Shown here: piece by piece, positions 49,293 to 58,685 of the stretch
Layout of the letters: the number at the start of each line of letters is the position of its first letter
How positions within the stretch are numbered: the stretch's first letter is position 1
IMG/VR virus record: IMGVR_UViG_3300032291_003671
Direction: 5' to 3' (one strand)
Source: an uncultured virus (IMG/VR IMGVR_UViG_3300032291_003671)
Taxonomy: Duplodnaviria; Heunggongvirae; Uroviricota; Caudoviricetes
Length of the DNA stretch: 64,000 nucleotides
Translations under genes and position numbers: made by a program
The notes under the pieces: generated by a model
Told to the model about the DNA's origin: nothing
Databases searched by the model: none
The model's input: only the letters and a program-made list of their open reading frames with translations

Positions 49293-49375
49293 ATTGTTGT
49301 CCCGTTTTGTTAATACAAAGATAACTAATCTTTTTAATATATTAAAATAAAAATCCCCTTTCGGGGATTTATTTT

Positions 49376-49834
49376 TTAATTTTGAACGAAGGCTTTGTCA
49401 GCCCAAGTTTTAGTGTTAACCAATTTCCACAACTCCATGTCACACATGTCAGGGAAAGATTCTCTCATAGTTCCAACTGTCATCACTTCTAAGAATCCAC
49501 GGTCAATTGAGTGCCATGTATTACCTTTGGTTGTGTATACGTTCATCCAATGACCGAACTCGTTTTTCATTTGAATGTTAACCAAAGTGTTTTTCTTATA
49601 TCCTGCAATTACGTTGTAAGGAGTTCCTTCACTGTCGTGGATATTGATGAATCCAGCACCACACTTACCTGCGATACGGAATTCGTATTTTTTAGTCGTA
49701 TCTTTGATGTGGTTAGAAACCGAAACAGATACTCTTTTGTTTTTTACTGTAGTGTCAAAAGAACCGTAAAAAACGTCTCCTGACATTGTTCCTGTTGAAA
49801 CTTTAACTGCGGGGATTGTAGGTGTGTGGGTCAT
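49376..49834 (-). CDS. Hypothetical protein
   Basis: Start MTHTPT downstream of the promoter motif at 49856. Confidence 0.75.
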   Translation of the reverse strand: MTHTPTIPAVKVSTGTMSGDVFYGSFDTTVKNKRVSVSVSNHIKDTTKKYEFRIAGKCGAGFINIHDSEGTPYNVIAGYKKNTLVNIQMKNEFGHWMNVYTTKGNTWHSIDRGFLEVMTVGTMRESFPDMCDMELWKLVNTKTWADKAFVQN

Positions 49835-49893
49835 ATCTCTGTTGTTTTGTGAATACAAAGATATACAATTATAACTTAATCTCCAAAATTATT

Positions 49894-50088
49894 TTACAAA
49901 GGTTCGTCATTAATTTTATATATTTTATATTGGTCCGCGTTCTCATCTGCTCTACCTTTGATAAACTCTAAGGTATTTTTAGCATCTTCCATTGTACCAT
50001 AAAATACTGTGTTGTGGTATGTATAACAATTCATCTGATTGTTATCATGAAACCACATCCTTGCAATAACATAATTAAACTTGTCCAT
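49894..50088 (-). CDS. Hypothetical protein
   Basis: 64 aa. Confidence 0.6.
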   Translation of the reverse strand: MDKFNYVIARMWFHDNNQMNCYTYHNTVFYGTMEDAKNTLEFIKGRADENADQYKIYKINDEPL

Positions 50089-50091
50089 ATC

Positions 50092-50313
50092 TTAAACAAT
50101 TAAGTCATTGAAACTTAAACCATGGTCTGACATGATTTCATATAACTTTTCCCTGATTTCATAGGCAATTTCGTTGTCCTTATACTTGGATTCACTTCTA
50201 AGATATTGGTCAACCTTCCATAAAACAAGAGCCATATCTAAAGACTTAACACATCTTTTATGCGCCAAGATATCATCTTGTTCGTTTAAATCAAATTTTA
50301 ATATTGCTTTCAT
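50092..50313 (-). CDS. Hypothetical phage protein
   Basis: 73 aa. Confidence 0.7.
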   Translation of the reverse strand: MKAILKFDLNEQDDILAHKRCVKSLDMALVLWKVDQYLRSESKYKDNEIAYEIREKLYEIMSDHGLSFNDLIV

Positions 50314-50419
50314 AATTTATCAAATTATTTTTTTTATAACTTATAAACAAATATAATTAATTAAAATTAAAAAAACCAATTAACACTTGGCTAATTGGTT
50401 TTTTATTTGGATTATCATA

Positions 50420-50962
50420 TTAATATGAAACCCATCGCGACTGATAGTTTTTGTTTGACGCACAATACCTGGCGTAACTATTAACTTGTGGATATCCTGT
50501 ATTGTAATATCCACAGACAACAGCCCAATCATCATATTGGTTATGAAGTTTATTTAGTAACTTCATAGATATTTTGATGTTCAGGTCAATATTATGTAGT
50601 AATTCATTTTTAGTAACTCTCTTACCTATAATATAATTTGCCGTAGCTGGCATGATTTGCATTGGACCTTTAGCTCCAGCATATGATGTCAACTTCCCGT
50701 GGTAATTCCAATCAAATGGTCCTTGATATCTTGTTTCAAGGAACGCAATGTTATACGCAATGTATTTTGGAATTTTGTATTTGTTTGAATACTTTTCAAT
50801 TGAGTTATAAACTTGAAGACTGTATGGTGAAGTAATTGTTCCTTTATGTGTCTCTAAGTTATATTCAACCGTTTCTTTTGTTATACTAACAAGGTTTTGT
50901 GCCGCGACGATTACAATACCTATTGCTAATATATAAAAGAATCTAACTCCTTTTTTTACCAT
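50420..50962 (-). CDS. Lytic transglycosylase (SLT domain) with N-terminal membrane anchor
   Basis: LET, GAKGPMQIMPATA, YYNTG. Confidence 0.88.
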   Translation of the reverse strand: MVKKGVRFFYILAIGIVIVAAQNLVSITKETVEYNLETHKGTITSPYSLQVYNSIEKYSNKYKIPKYIAYNIAFLETRYQGPFDWNYHGKLTSYAGAKGPMQIMPATANYIIGKRVTKNELLHNIDLNIKISMKLLNKLHNQYDDWAVVCGYYNTGYPQVNSYARYCASNKNYQSRWVSY

Positions 50963-51285
50963 TAATTAACGGTTTTTGGTTTAGGGTTGGACGCTTGTCC
51001 CCAAATGTTTTTAGCATATAAGTTAAATATGTTGTAACCTACCGAATCTTGATAAATCGTGTAATTCCAAGTTTTTTTATCAATTACAATTAAGTGATTA
51101 TTCTCGTCTACAGCTAACTGAATGTCAGATTTCTTAATTGTATTTACTTGGTTACTTTTTAACCCTGTTGCAATTAAGTTATAATAATAACCAATTGTAA
51201 CTCCAACAGCAAGACTAATAACAATCATTGAATAGAATGCCACTTGTTTGTAAAACTGTTTAAATTTTTCATTTAAATCCTCCAT
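50962..51285 (-). CDS. Membrane-anchored hypothetical protein coupled to the SLT gene
   Basis: One TM helix; stop/start overlap. Confidence 0.7.
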   Translation of the reverse strand: MEDLNEKFKQFYKQVAFYSMIVISLAVGVTIGYYYNLIATGLKSNQVNTIKKSDIQLAVDENNHLIVIDKKTWNYTIYQDSVGYNIFNLYAKNIWGQASNPKPKTVN

Positions 51286-51342
51286 ATTTGTATGTTTAAA
51301 AGTTTAATTTGTTTACTTCGTAATAAAGATAAATAAAATATC

Positions 51343-51678
51343 TTAGATATCCAAAGTTGATTCGAATTGATTACATTGAAAACACAACTGACCTGCACCT
51401 TCAATATACCCAACTCTCATATCAACACTTGTTGATTTTAAATACTGAGTTTCTTTACCACACATTGAACAAGTGTCATATTCTCCCTGTGTTGGACGAA
51501 TGATTGAACGAACGAGCCCATCTTCATCTATGTCCAAGAAAAATGTTTCATCGTCAATTCTTGGGCCTTCTTGGTCACGTTGTGCTTGCCAATACTTGTT
51601 CCTAACTAACTTACCTAAGTCATAATCGTTAGGGGTGTCCCTAATTTCTTTTTCTGTAATTGTTACCTTGATTTCCAT
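51343..51678 (-). CDS. Hypothetical protein with C-terminal CxxC...CxxC
   Basis: CSMC...YIEGAGQLCFQC; start MEIKV. Confidence 0.65.
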   Translation of the reverse strand: MEIKVTITEKEIRDTPNDYDLGKLVRNKYWQAQRDQEGPRIDDETFFLDIDEDGLVRSIIRPTQGEYDTCSMCGKETQYLKSTSVDMRVGYIEGAGQLCFQCNQFESTLDI

Positions 51679-51770
51679 ATTGTTATGTATTTTAGAATAA
51701 TTATAATATATTATTTGTAAAAACAAATCTATTTATATAAAAAGGATTTTCTTAACAAAATTTATAAAAA

Positions 51771-52586
51771 ATGAGTGAAAAATTAAAAAGTATATCGCTT
51801 AAATTGGAAGAGTTATTTTCTGAACCAATAACACCTCAATCCATATATCACCAAATTCGTGAAATTACAAAACCACAAGTTGAGTATTTCAGGAGATTTG
51901 GGCCTGAAAATATAATTAAATTAATGTTTTATGTTTATTCATTAAAAAAAACAGGTAATTTTAAATTAGGTGAAAAAATATTGAATAACTTATTTTTTAC
52001 ACATTTATTTGAAACAGATGGTGAAAATTCAGTTCACACATGTAGTCAATGTCACGGTGATGGAGAAACAGATTGCCCTTATTGCGATGAAGGTAAAGAA
52101 AATTGTCCTACATGTGAAGGAACTGGTGAAGTTGATTGCCCAATATGTGATGGTAATGACCCTGACTGTGAGGAATGTGAAGGAACGGGTGAAGTTGAAT
52201 GCCCTGATTGTGCAGGTACAGGGGTTGTTAATTGCGAATATTGTAATGGTTCAGGAACTTATGAATGTGATAATTGTGATGGACTTGGAGAAACTGAATC
52301 AAACATTGAAAAAATTTATGACTTGACTTTTTTATGTTCTTGGAATAAAGATTTGAAATATGAATGTGAATTGAAAGTTGATACTTTATCACCAATAGAA
52401 AACGATGTGTCAGGAAACGACTACATAATATTATATAAAACTCAATCCAATGGCTCTATTTTATCAGAGGTAGAATTAGGTAAATATTATTGTATTTCTT
52501 ATTCAGATAAAGCAGATTTAAGTTTATTGATGAATATGCAAATTTATGGAGACTATGATGTAAGTAGGTTGATGTACACAGATTAA
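51771..52586 (+). CDS. DnaJ-type CxxCxGxG zinc-finger repeat protein (no J domain)
   Basis: Eight CxxC units. Confidence 0.8.
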   Translation: MSEKLKSISLKLEELFSEPITPQSIYHQIREITKPQVEYFRRFGPENIIKLMFYVYSLKKTGNFKLGEKILNNLFFTHLFETDGENSVHTCSQCHGDGETDCPYCDEGKENCPTCEGTGEVDCPICDGNDPDCEECEGTGEVECPDCAGTGVVNCEYCNGSGTYECDNCDGLGETESNIEKIYDLTFLCSWNKDLKYECELKVDTLSPIENDVSGNDYIILYKTQSNGSILSEVELGKYYCISYSDKADLSLLMNMQIYGDYDVSRLMYTD

Positions 52587-52652
52587 AAAAAGAGGAACCG
52601 AAGTTCCTCTTTTAGGACCGACCGATTAAAGTCAGACTTCCACCACCAAGTT

Positions 52653-52958
52653 TTATCTAACTTGGAAATCTTTATTTTTAATCAATTTATTAACCAACTC
52701 TTCAACATCTTTTTTTTCCATATAAGCAATTACATCATCACCTGCTTCAGGATGAAAGAACTGAGTTCTAAATTCCCCTGTTTCCGTGTCAAAGATTGCT
52801 ACCTCAAAAGTATCAATAAAGTCACCATATAATCCACGAGACCCACCGATTATTGAAAACTGTATCTTATCATTACCAATAACAGTTTGTCTTCCACCCT
52901 CAGCTCCTGAAGAAGGATGTGATTTAGAGTAACTTATAATATCTTCAATTGTTATCAT
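52653..52958 (-). CDS. Hypothetical phage protein
   Basis: GLYGD...TFEVA...DDV..Y motif. Confidence 0.75.
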   Translation of the reverse strand: MITIEDIISYSKSHPSSGAEGGRQTVIGNDKIQFSIIGGSRGLYGDFIDTFEVAIFDTETGEFRTQFFHPEAGDDVIAYMEKKDVEELVNKLIKNKDFQVR

Positions 52959-53194
52959 TACGCAGATAGTTGTTTTAATTTAACTTCTAAAAGACCTAAG
53001 TTATTTTTGTCTTTCTGACTTTTATTTTTTTTACTTTTGAATTCATTAATCAAACTTAAAATATAATCTCTTTCGGTTGGTTCCTCTTCCTTGATTGATA
53101 TAGGTTTAGGCAACGGTTTGGTAGCTTCTTCTATTGCTTCCACAGTCTTATTCAACAACCACATCCCAATACATAACTTCAAAATATTTTTCAT
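52958..53194 (-). CDS. Hypothetical protein
   Basis: 78 aa, translationally coupled. Confidence 0.65.
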   Translation of the reverse strand: MKNILKLCIGMWLLNKTVEAIEEATKPLPKPISIKEEEPTERDYILSLINEFKSKKNKSQKDKNNLGLLEVKLKQLSA

Positions 53195-53224
53195 TATTAT
53201 AGTGTTTAAAGGTTTGATAATAAA

Positions 53225-53506
53225 TTACTTTGTCTCCAAAGCTTCCAACTTTGATTTTGAAATCAAATGTTCTGCCAAAGTATATAGGTCAACATTAGTA
53301 GTAATGATTGAACAAACTAAATAGTTATAAGGAATATGAACTAAGAAATCTTGACCGTTGAAAAAGGTTAAATCATTCTTCAATTCAATACATCCTTGAA
53401 CCATCTTCAAAAATAACTTGAACTGTGTTGGGTTTACAAAATTTTCGTTGAGTAATACTCCAAAAACTTCGTGTTGAATCTTGATGTTGTTTGTGTTCAT
53501 GTTCAT
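53225..53506 (-). CDS. Hypothetical protein
   Basis: 93 aa; promoter motif at 53525. Confidence 0.75.
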   Translation of the reverse strand: MNMNTNNIKIQHEVFGVLLNENFVNPTQFKLFLKMVQGCIELKNDLTFFNGQDFLVHIPYNYLVCSIITTNVDLYTLAEHLISKSKLEALETK

Positions 53507-53680
53507 ATCCTATTGTTTAGAATACAAATATAGTGAAAAGTTTTAATATAAAAAAACTCCTACAAAAATAAAATCGCAAAACGGACAAAATGATTTGATA
53601 ATTTGTAGCTGTAGTATAAAAAATTCCGTTTTATTATATTTTTCATGATTTCTAGTTTATTATATAAATACAATAAAAAC

Positions 53681-53712
53681 AAAAAACCCTGACATTAAAA
53701 ACATCAGGGTTT
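53681..53712 (-). terminator. Intrinsic terminator after the large ncRNA
   Basis: AAACCCTGA...TCAGGGTTT stem followed by a U tract on the minus strand. Confidence 0.75.
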
Positions 53713-53716
53713 ATAA

Positions 53717-54522
53717 GGCTTTCAGGCTGAGAATATACCTTCAGTTAAGAATCTTCGGAAGGATTATTGTTTCCCTTCTTTTCCACTACCTTTTGAGTAG
53801 TAATTCTCAGTGACGGTTATTAGGTTAACCACTCCTTAAGTCATTAGATACTCTCTTAATACTTGTCGCTCTTCAACGATGCCTCGCTAATTAAGTCTTG
53901 CGAACTTAGAGAACTTTCTTAAAAATCATGTCGGGTTTGGGACCCTTCATGGCCGTGAACAACTCACGACTGTGTAGTCACCTTTCTCCAATGACTGACG
54001 AACACTTTTCCTTGTCTTTTATAGATTGTTAAATCGCAATTAACAAATGTGTTTGGTTCTGAATTCTGAAGGTAGCGGTTCGCCAACCAGACAGGTCATC
54101 TTTTGAACAACCCGATACTGAACTACCCTCTAAGGACTCCCGTCCTTCATAGTTTTAGTCGTCTCCTGAGTCAAAACTTTGGTAAGTTTTAACTGAGCTG
54201 ATAACAGCACCACCTGTACATCACCGTTACCTTTCGGTTTTAAGACAACTATAATATTGAATTACGCAATAGTGTAATTGGAGGTTACATTTCTTGCACT
54301 AATTCTACGAGTTATTCTTGTTGGTGTTCCCACCTCAACGAAACGACTCAGACCGCCTCGTCATCTAACCACTTTCTCTACAGTGTCACCCTCGGTACTG
54401 AAGGTTAGATGATATCTCGTTTGTCTACTTAAGCTCCCCGAAGGAAACCGCAAATCATTTAACCAAATGATTCACTTTATACTACTTTCGTAGTTTATTT
54501 AACGACTATAGACCGCCGATTT
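53717..54522 (-). ncRNA. Large (~800 nt) structured RNA, probably GOLLD
   Basis: No ORF of 60 aa or more; higher GC than flanks; many stems (CTAC-GAAA-GTAG, ACC-GAAA-GGT, AATCATTT/AAATGATT, TCATCTAACC/GGTTAGATGA); terminator downstream; tRNA nearby. Family assignment is from recollection of GOLLD size and context, not a covariance-model search. Confidence 0.7.
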
Positions 54523-55054
54523 CTTTAATTCAAAGAACATTATGATAACCTCGTTAGGTTATCTGTTGATGGTGCCGTTGGTGTCTACTTACAGGAGACA
54601 CTGACCCCATTATATTTTTATTTTTAAAAAACTCTTTTGAAAAAGGAAAGAGGAAAAATTTTATACCCACTCTCGTAGGATTTACAACCCCTTTCCTGAA
54701 TTGTTTCACAAATTTAAGTTAAAGTTTTGATACTTCCAAATTTATGTGAAACTTTTTTTTGGGTAATTACAAACAAATTCATCTTTCCCATTGTGACATT
54801 ACCCTTCACGTTTTGGACCTTCTACTCTATGTAGAACAGGCTAATTTGTTTAAAGTTTCGAGACTCCAACTCTACTTTGATGTAAACATCGTTCAAGTAT
54901 AATTTACGGTTAGTCCCGAATTGTTTTACAAAGATATAAAGAATTTTTCAATTAGTCAAACACTTTGTAAAACTTTTTTTTGTAAGTTAGTATGACGTAT
55001 GCTTGTCCTATGGTTGTTTCCATCCGCGGACTCACGGTTGTCCAACTTACGTTG

Positions 55055-55127
55055 TTGCGACGGGTTGGAATCGAACCAACTATCTTTAGCTTATGAGACT
55101 AACGACTTACCATTTGTCCTCCCCGCA
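55055..55127 (-). tRNA. tRNA with CAT anticodon (Met or Ile2), non-canonical
   Basis: TGCGGGG-AG-GACAAATGGTAAGTC-G-TTAGT-CTCATAA-GCTAA-AGATA-GTTGG-TTCGATT-CCAAC-CCGTCGCA-A. Confidence 0.82.
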
Positions 55128-55409
55128 ATATAATATTTTAATGATAATTGAAATGTTGTACATTTTATGGACGTCTTATTTACAATTAGTCTACTATTCC
55201 ACAATTATTATATTTCTCAAAGAACGTTTTCTTAATAAATCCCACAAGTCAAGTATTTCTTTCAAAGTACAAACCTGTGGGACATTGTTTCACAAAGGTA
55301 AGAAAGATTTCTCATTCAAACAAATTATTATGAAACTTTTTTTGGAGGTGTTCTGTCTTATTCAGACAATGAACTATAAATATAATCAATAATGATTAAA
55401 AGTCAATAA

Positions 55410-55829
55410 TTAACTAAAAATTGTTTTAACAAATTTTGGTAAGTGTTTTCCACAGTTCAAATATTGTATATATTCTAAAGTGAAATAACTATGTTGAGAA
55501 TGTTTGTGCGGAGTTTTACTGGATTTAAATATAGGTAATACTCCAAGTACGGCTTCGTATAAAAAAACATACATTAAACCCTTATCTTTCGCGCCATCTT
55601 TACTTTCTCTTGGAATTAATCCAACTAAGTGTAATTTATCAACTTCAACATCTATTGAAGTTGTGTCTAACAACATTTGTTGAGCCGCTTCTCTAATTTT
55701 TAACCCTTCAATCATTTTTCCACCAGGAATTGTCCAAATAGACTCTTCTACATTATCGGCCTTCCTCTTGACTAAAAGTATTTGATTACCATACTTTATT
55801 AGCACTCCAACGTATCTTTTGTTTTCCAT
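55410..55829 (-). CDS. NUDIX-fold protein with degenerate Nudix box
   Basis: Start MENKRYVG; ILLVKR...WTIPGG...EAAQQMLLDTTSI. Confidence 0.7.
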   Translation of the reverse strand: MENKRYVGVLIKYGNQILLVKRKADNVEESIWTIPGGKMIEGLKIREAAQQMLLDTTSIDVEVDKLHLVGLIPRESKDGAKDKGLMYVFLYEAVLGVLPIFKSSKTPHKHSQHSYFTLEYIQYLNCGKHLPKFVKTIFS

Positions 55830-55842
55830 AGTATTTATCATT

Positions 55843-56190
55843 ATGAATGTAAAAATAAACAAAAATATTTTTAAAGTCAAAACACTCATTGATAAAAAAT
55901 CCCAATCAGCTGGTATGATGGGAAAAAAATTTGATGAAAGTTTTGAAGGTCTACTTTTTTTAATGGGTGGTAGAAGACAATGTTTTTGGATGAAAAATTG
56001 TATTATACCTTTAGACATCATTATGATTAAGAATAATCGTATTATAAAAATACATCATAACTGCCCACCTTGTACCACAGAAGATTGTGAACATTATTGT
56101 GGTCAGGGAAATATTGTACTTGAATTACCTTCAGGAAGTTGTAAAAAATTAGGTATCCAAAGAGGTGATAACGTTGAATATCTATTCTGA
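55843..56190 (+). CDS. DUF192 family protein
   Basis: GMMG...GLLF...FWMKNCIIPLDII...VLELPSG. Confidence 0.85.
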   Translation: MNVKINKNIFKVKTLIDKKSQSAGMMGKKFDESFEGLLFLMGGRRQCFWMKNCIIPLDIIMIKNNRIIKIHHNCPPCTTEDCEHYCGQGNIVLELPSGSCKKLGIQRGDNVEYLF

Positions 56191-57585
56191 TTTATTCCCT
56201 TTAATTTTTTCTTTTAAGATTTTTTCAAATTCAGTTGCGACCATCTTGGTAAACTTAACCATAGGTGAATCTTCTTTTTCAGAATCATATTTGTATTTTC
56301 CTTGAGGTGGTCTTTTTCCTCTTCCCAAATAATTTAATCCTGAGATATTGGTAATACATTTGTGTCCTCCTGAGTTTGCTTGAATCAAATCCCAAGCATT
56401 TACGTTAATCTTATCTAAGATATCCAAATCTTTTTCGGATAACTCTCCGAATGGTTTTTCCATTATGGATTCAATATACTCTAAAGCTTCTTCACCTCTG
56501 TCGTTTGACATATATTTGTCACCATACAAAGCATTAAAATCTTTAAACGTAAATCCAACACTTTCAGGATTAATTCCTGTTTCACTAACCCATTTGATTG
56601 TTGATAATGGGACTGTTCTATCTTTTAATGAACTTTCCCACTTACCTAAAACCTCTTGTGCAATTTCACCTAAGTTGACACCTTTAAGTTCTCTTTCCTT
56701 TTTGAATGGATTACATGAAGCCTGAACCAATCCCATCGGCCAAGCCATGATTAAGAAATCCGCTTCAGGATTATTTCTGAATGGTGTATATCTATCGTAG
56801 GAACCTGGTTTGAACATTGAGCCTCCACCATATTGAAATATAATATTATCACTTACCTTAGGGAAATCTTTCATTGTTTCTCTATAACCTTCAGCGTTCT
56901 TTTGTAGTTCTTCGGGTGATGGTGCGTTTGTTTTTTTCATCCAAGCCTTAATGTTATTCAAAATAGACATTAAAGATGGTTGTGAATCCATTACTAAACT
57001 CTCAAGGAATCCTGGCTTGTTTTTAAACGCAAGTAATAATTTGTTGATAACAAGTCCCAATAACATTTTATTTTTTTGTAATGATTGGTCTTTGTCAATT
57101 CTGTATAAATAGTTAACTACTTGGTCAGGATTAATATTGTGTTTTGCATAATCTGCCGAGTCAACTGTGTTAATTAATAATATATCTGATGATGGGAATA
57201 AATCTTTCGGAGAAACTACTTGAGATATTGTCTCAACATTCGAACGAGCACCTCTAAATTGTTTTGATGTTCCTTTTTCAACACCAACTTGTCTGTCGTG
57301 GTGGTCTGTGTGAATTACAAACATTGGTTTACCGTGTGCAAAGTCAACTAAAACTGGCATTACATCACCTGTAGCGTCTATCTTTTTAACAGAAAATTCT
57401 TTATCACCATACTGAATGATATGTGTTCCAACCACATCAATACCATTATCTTCAAGATATTTCTTCATTGCAATTGCGGTAGTTACACCATCTAAATCTT
57501 GATGGAAATATATTTCAGCCTTTGGGTATCTATTACTCAGTGCTTTGATGTCTCTAATCCCTGTTTCTTTTAATAATTTTTTCAT
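56182..57585 (-). CDS. DHH-family phosphoesterase
   Basis: HQDLDG, LVD, TDHH, C-terminal SGGH; start corrected to MKKLLKETG. Confidence 0.75.
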   Translation of the reverse strand: MKKLLKETGIRDIKALSNRYPKAEIYFHQDLDGVTTAIAMKKYLEDNGIDVVGTHIIQYGDKEFSVKKIDATGDVMPVLVDFAHGKPMFVIHTDHHDRQVGVEKGTSKQFRGARSNVETISQVVSPKDLFPSSDILLINTVDSADYAKHNINPDQVVNYLYRIDKDQSLQKNKMLLGLVINKLLLAFKNKPGFLESLVMDSQPSLMSILNNIKAWMKKTNAPSPEELQKNAEGYRETMKDFPKVSDNIIFQYGGGSMFKPGSYDRYTPFRNNPEADFLIMAWPMGLVQASCNPFKKERELKGVNLGEIAQEVLGKWESSLKDRTVPLSTIKWVSETGINPESVGFTFKDFNALYGDKYMSNDRGEEALEYIESIMEKPFGELSEKDLDILDKINVNAWDLIQANSGGHKCITNISGLNYLGRGKRPPQGKYKYDSEKEDSPMVKFTKMVATEFEKILKEKIKGNKSE

Positions 57586-57592
57586 TGATTTT

Positions 57593-58630
57593 TTATATAA
57601 CAAATAATGCGTCTGTAAGCATGCCTCCAAATATACCTTTAAACATTGATTGAGCTCCAGTTCTTCCTTCAGCAGATGATGTAGTTGTTTGTTGATTTGA
57701 TTGTGATGATGGTGTTTGAACTCCACCAAAGTCATCTTGGAAATTTTTAGCTGCTTCGGGAGTTGCCAAATATTCATCAAATTTCTTTTTCATAGCATCT
57801 TCACCACCTAAGGCCGCTGCAACTTCATCTGGCCCAACAAAGTTACCCAATCCAATATAATCTAAAAATCCTAACCAAAACTTTGTTTTTCTAACCAAAG
57901 CTCTAGCATTTGCATTTCCAAATAATCTTGGCATTCCACCCCATACATTCATAAATGATTTAGGTGATTTAGTGAAGTTTTTAGCATTAAAGAAGTTAGT
58001 CGCCTTTGCATCTTTTAAAAATGATGATAACAATACAATTTTTTCTTCTTTAGAAATAGTTGATGCCACTTTGGTTGCTAAATTTCCTGCAGTTTTCGCA
58101 ATACCTTTACTATTTTTAGAAGCATTTGCAAATAAATCAAACCAAGCATTTACAGTATTTCTTAATCCTTTGAATGGACCAAATGGAACTCTATCAATTA
58201 CATTTTTTACTTTAGGAACCCAAGTATCACTTGTCTTAACAAATTTACCAACAACACCAGGCTCGCCCGCAAGTTTTGTTAGTACTTGTTCCGCCTTTAC
58301 AAAATCACCAGCTTTAGATAATTTAAGTGCTAATTCAATTTCTTTGGTCGCCGAGCTTCCAATTTTTAAAGCTCCTGTGACAGGTTTGGCAACCGCATCT
58401 CCAAAATATGGAACTGCAGAAATTAATGATAATAACCCAAAAAGATAGTCTCCTTGAGATATATATGATAATCCATTTATAAAATCTACAGTAGGTGTTG
58501 GGTCAACAAGACCTAAAATATCACCGACGGTATTATACCACTCACTTTCATTTAATTGGATTTTGTTTTCCTTCAAGATTAATTCTTGAATATTCAATAA
58601 TTGTTCCTCACTAATGATTATATCACTCAT
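57593..58630 (-). CDS. Hypothetical protein with ISE/LNE leader and hydrophobic hairpin (pre-toxin TG-like)
   Basis: GDILGLVDP...DFING..Y..QGDYLFGLLSLISAVPYFGD. Confidence 0.6.
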   Translation of the reverse strand: MSDIIISEEQLLNIQELILKENKIQLNESEWYNTVGDILGLVDPTPTVDFINGLSYISQGDYLFGLLSLISAVPYFGDAVAKPVTGALKIGSSATKEIELALKLSKAGDFVKAEQVLTKLAGEPGVVGKFVKTSDTWVPKVKNVIDRVPFGPFKGLRNTVNAWFDLFANASKNSKGIAKTAGNLATKVASTISKEEKIVLLSSFLKDAKATNFFNAKNFTKSPKSFMNVWGGMPRLFGNANARALVRKTKFWLGFLDYIGLGNFVGPDEVAAALGGEDAMKKKFDEYLATPEAAKNFQDDFGGVQTPSSQSNQQTTTSSAEGRTGAQSMFKGIFGGMLTDALFVI

Positions 58631-58685
58631 TATAGTTTTTCTTTATAAATATCAAGAGAAACAAAAAAAGGGTCTTACGACCCTT

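Noticed and set aside
52009..52326. 105-aa alternative-frame ORF
   Set aside because: Frame shadow of the CxxC-repeat gene.
53717..54522. rRNA fragment, tmRNA, RNase P RNA or group I intron
   Set aside because: No universal rRNA motifs, tRNA-like ends, RNase P P4 signature or interrupted host gene recognised.
55093..55392. 99-aa plus-strand ORF
   Set aside because: Overlaps the tRNA and its promoter region on the opposite strand; no protein-like features.
57972..58448. 158-aa plus-strand ORF and similar nested antisense ORFs across the window
   Set aside because: Fully nested opposite better-supported genes.
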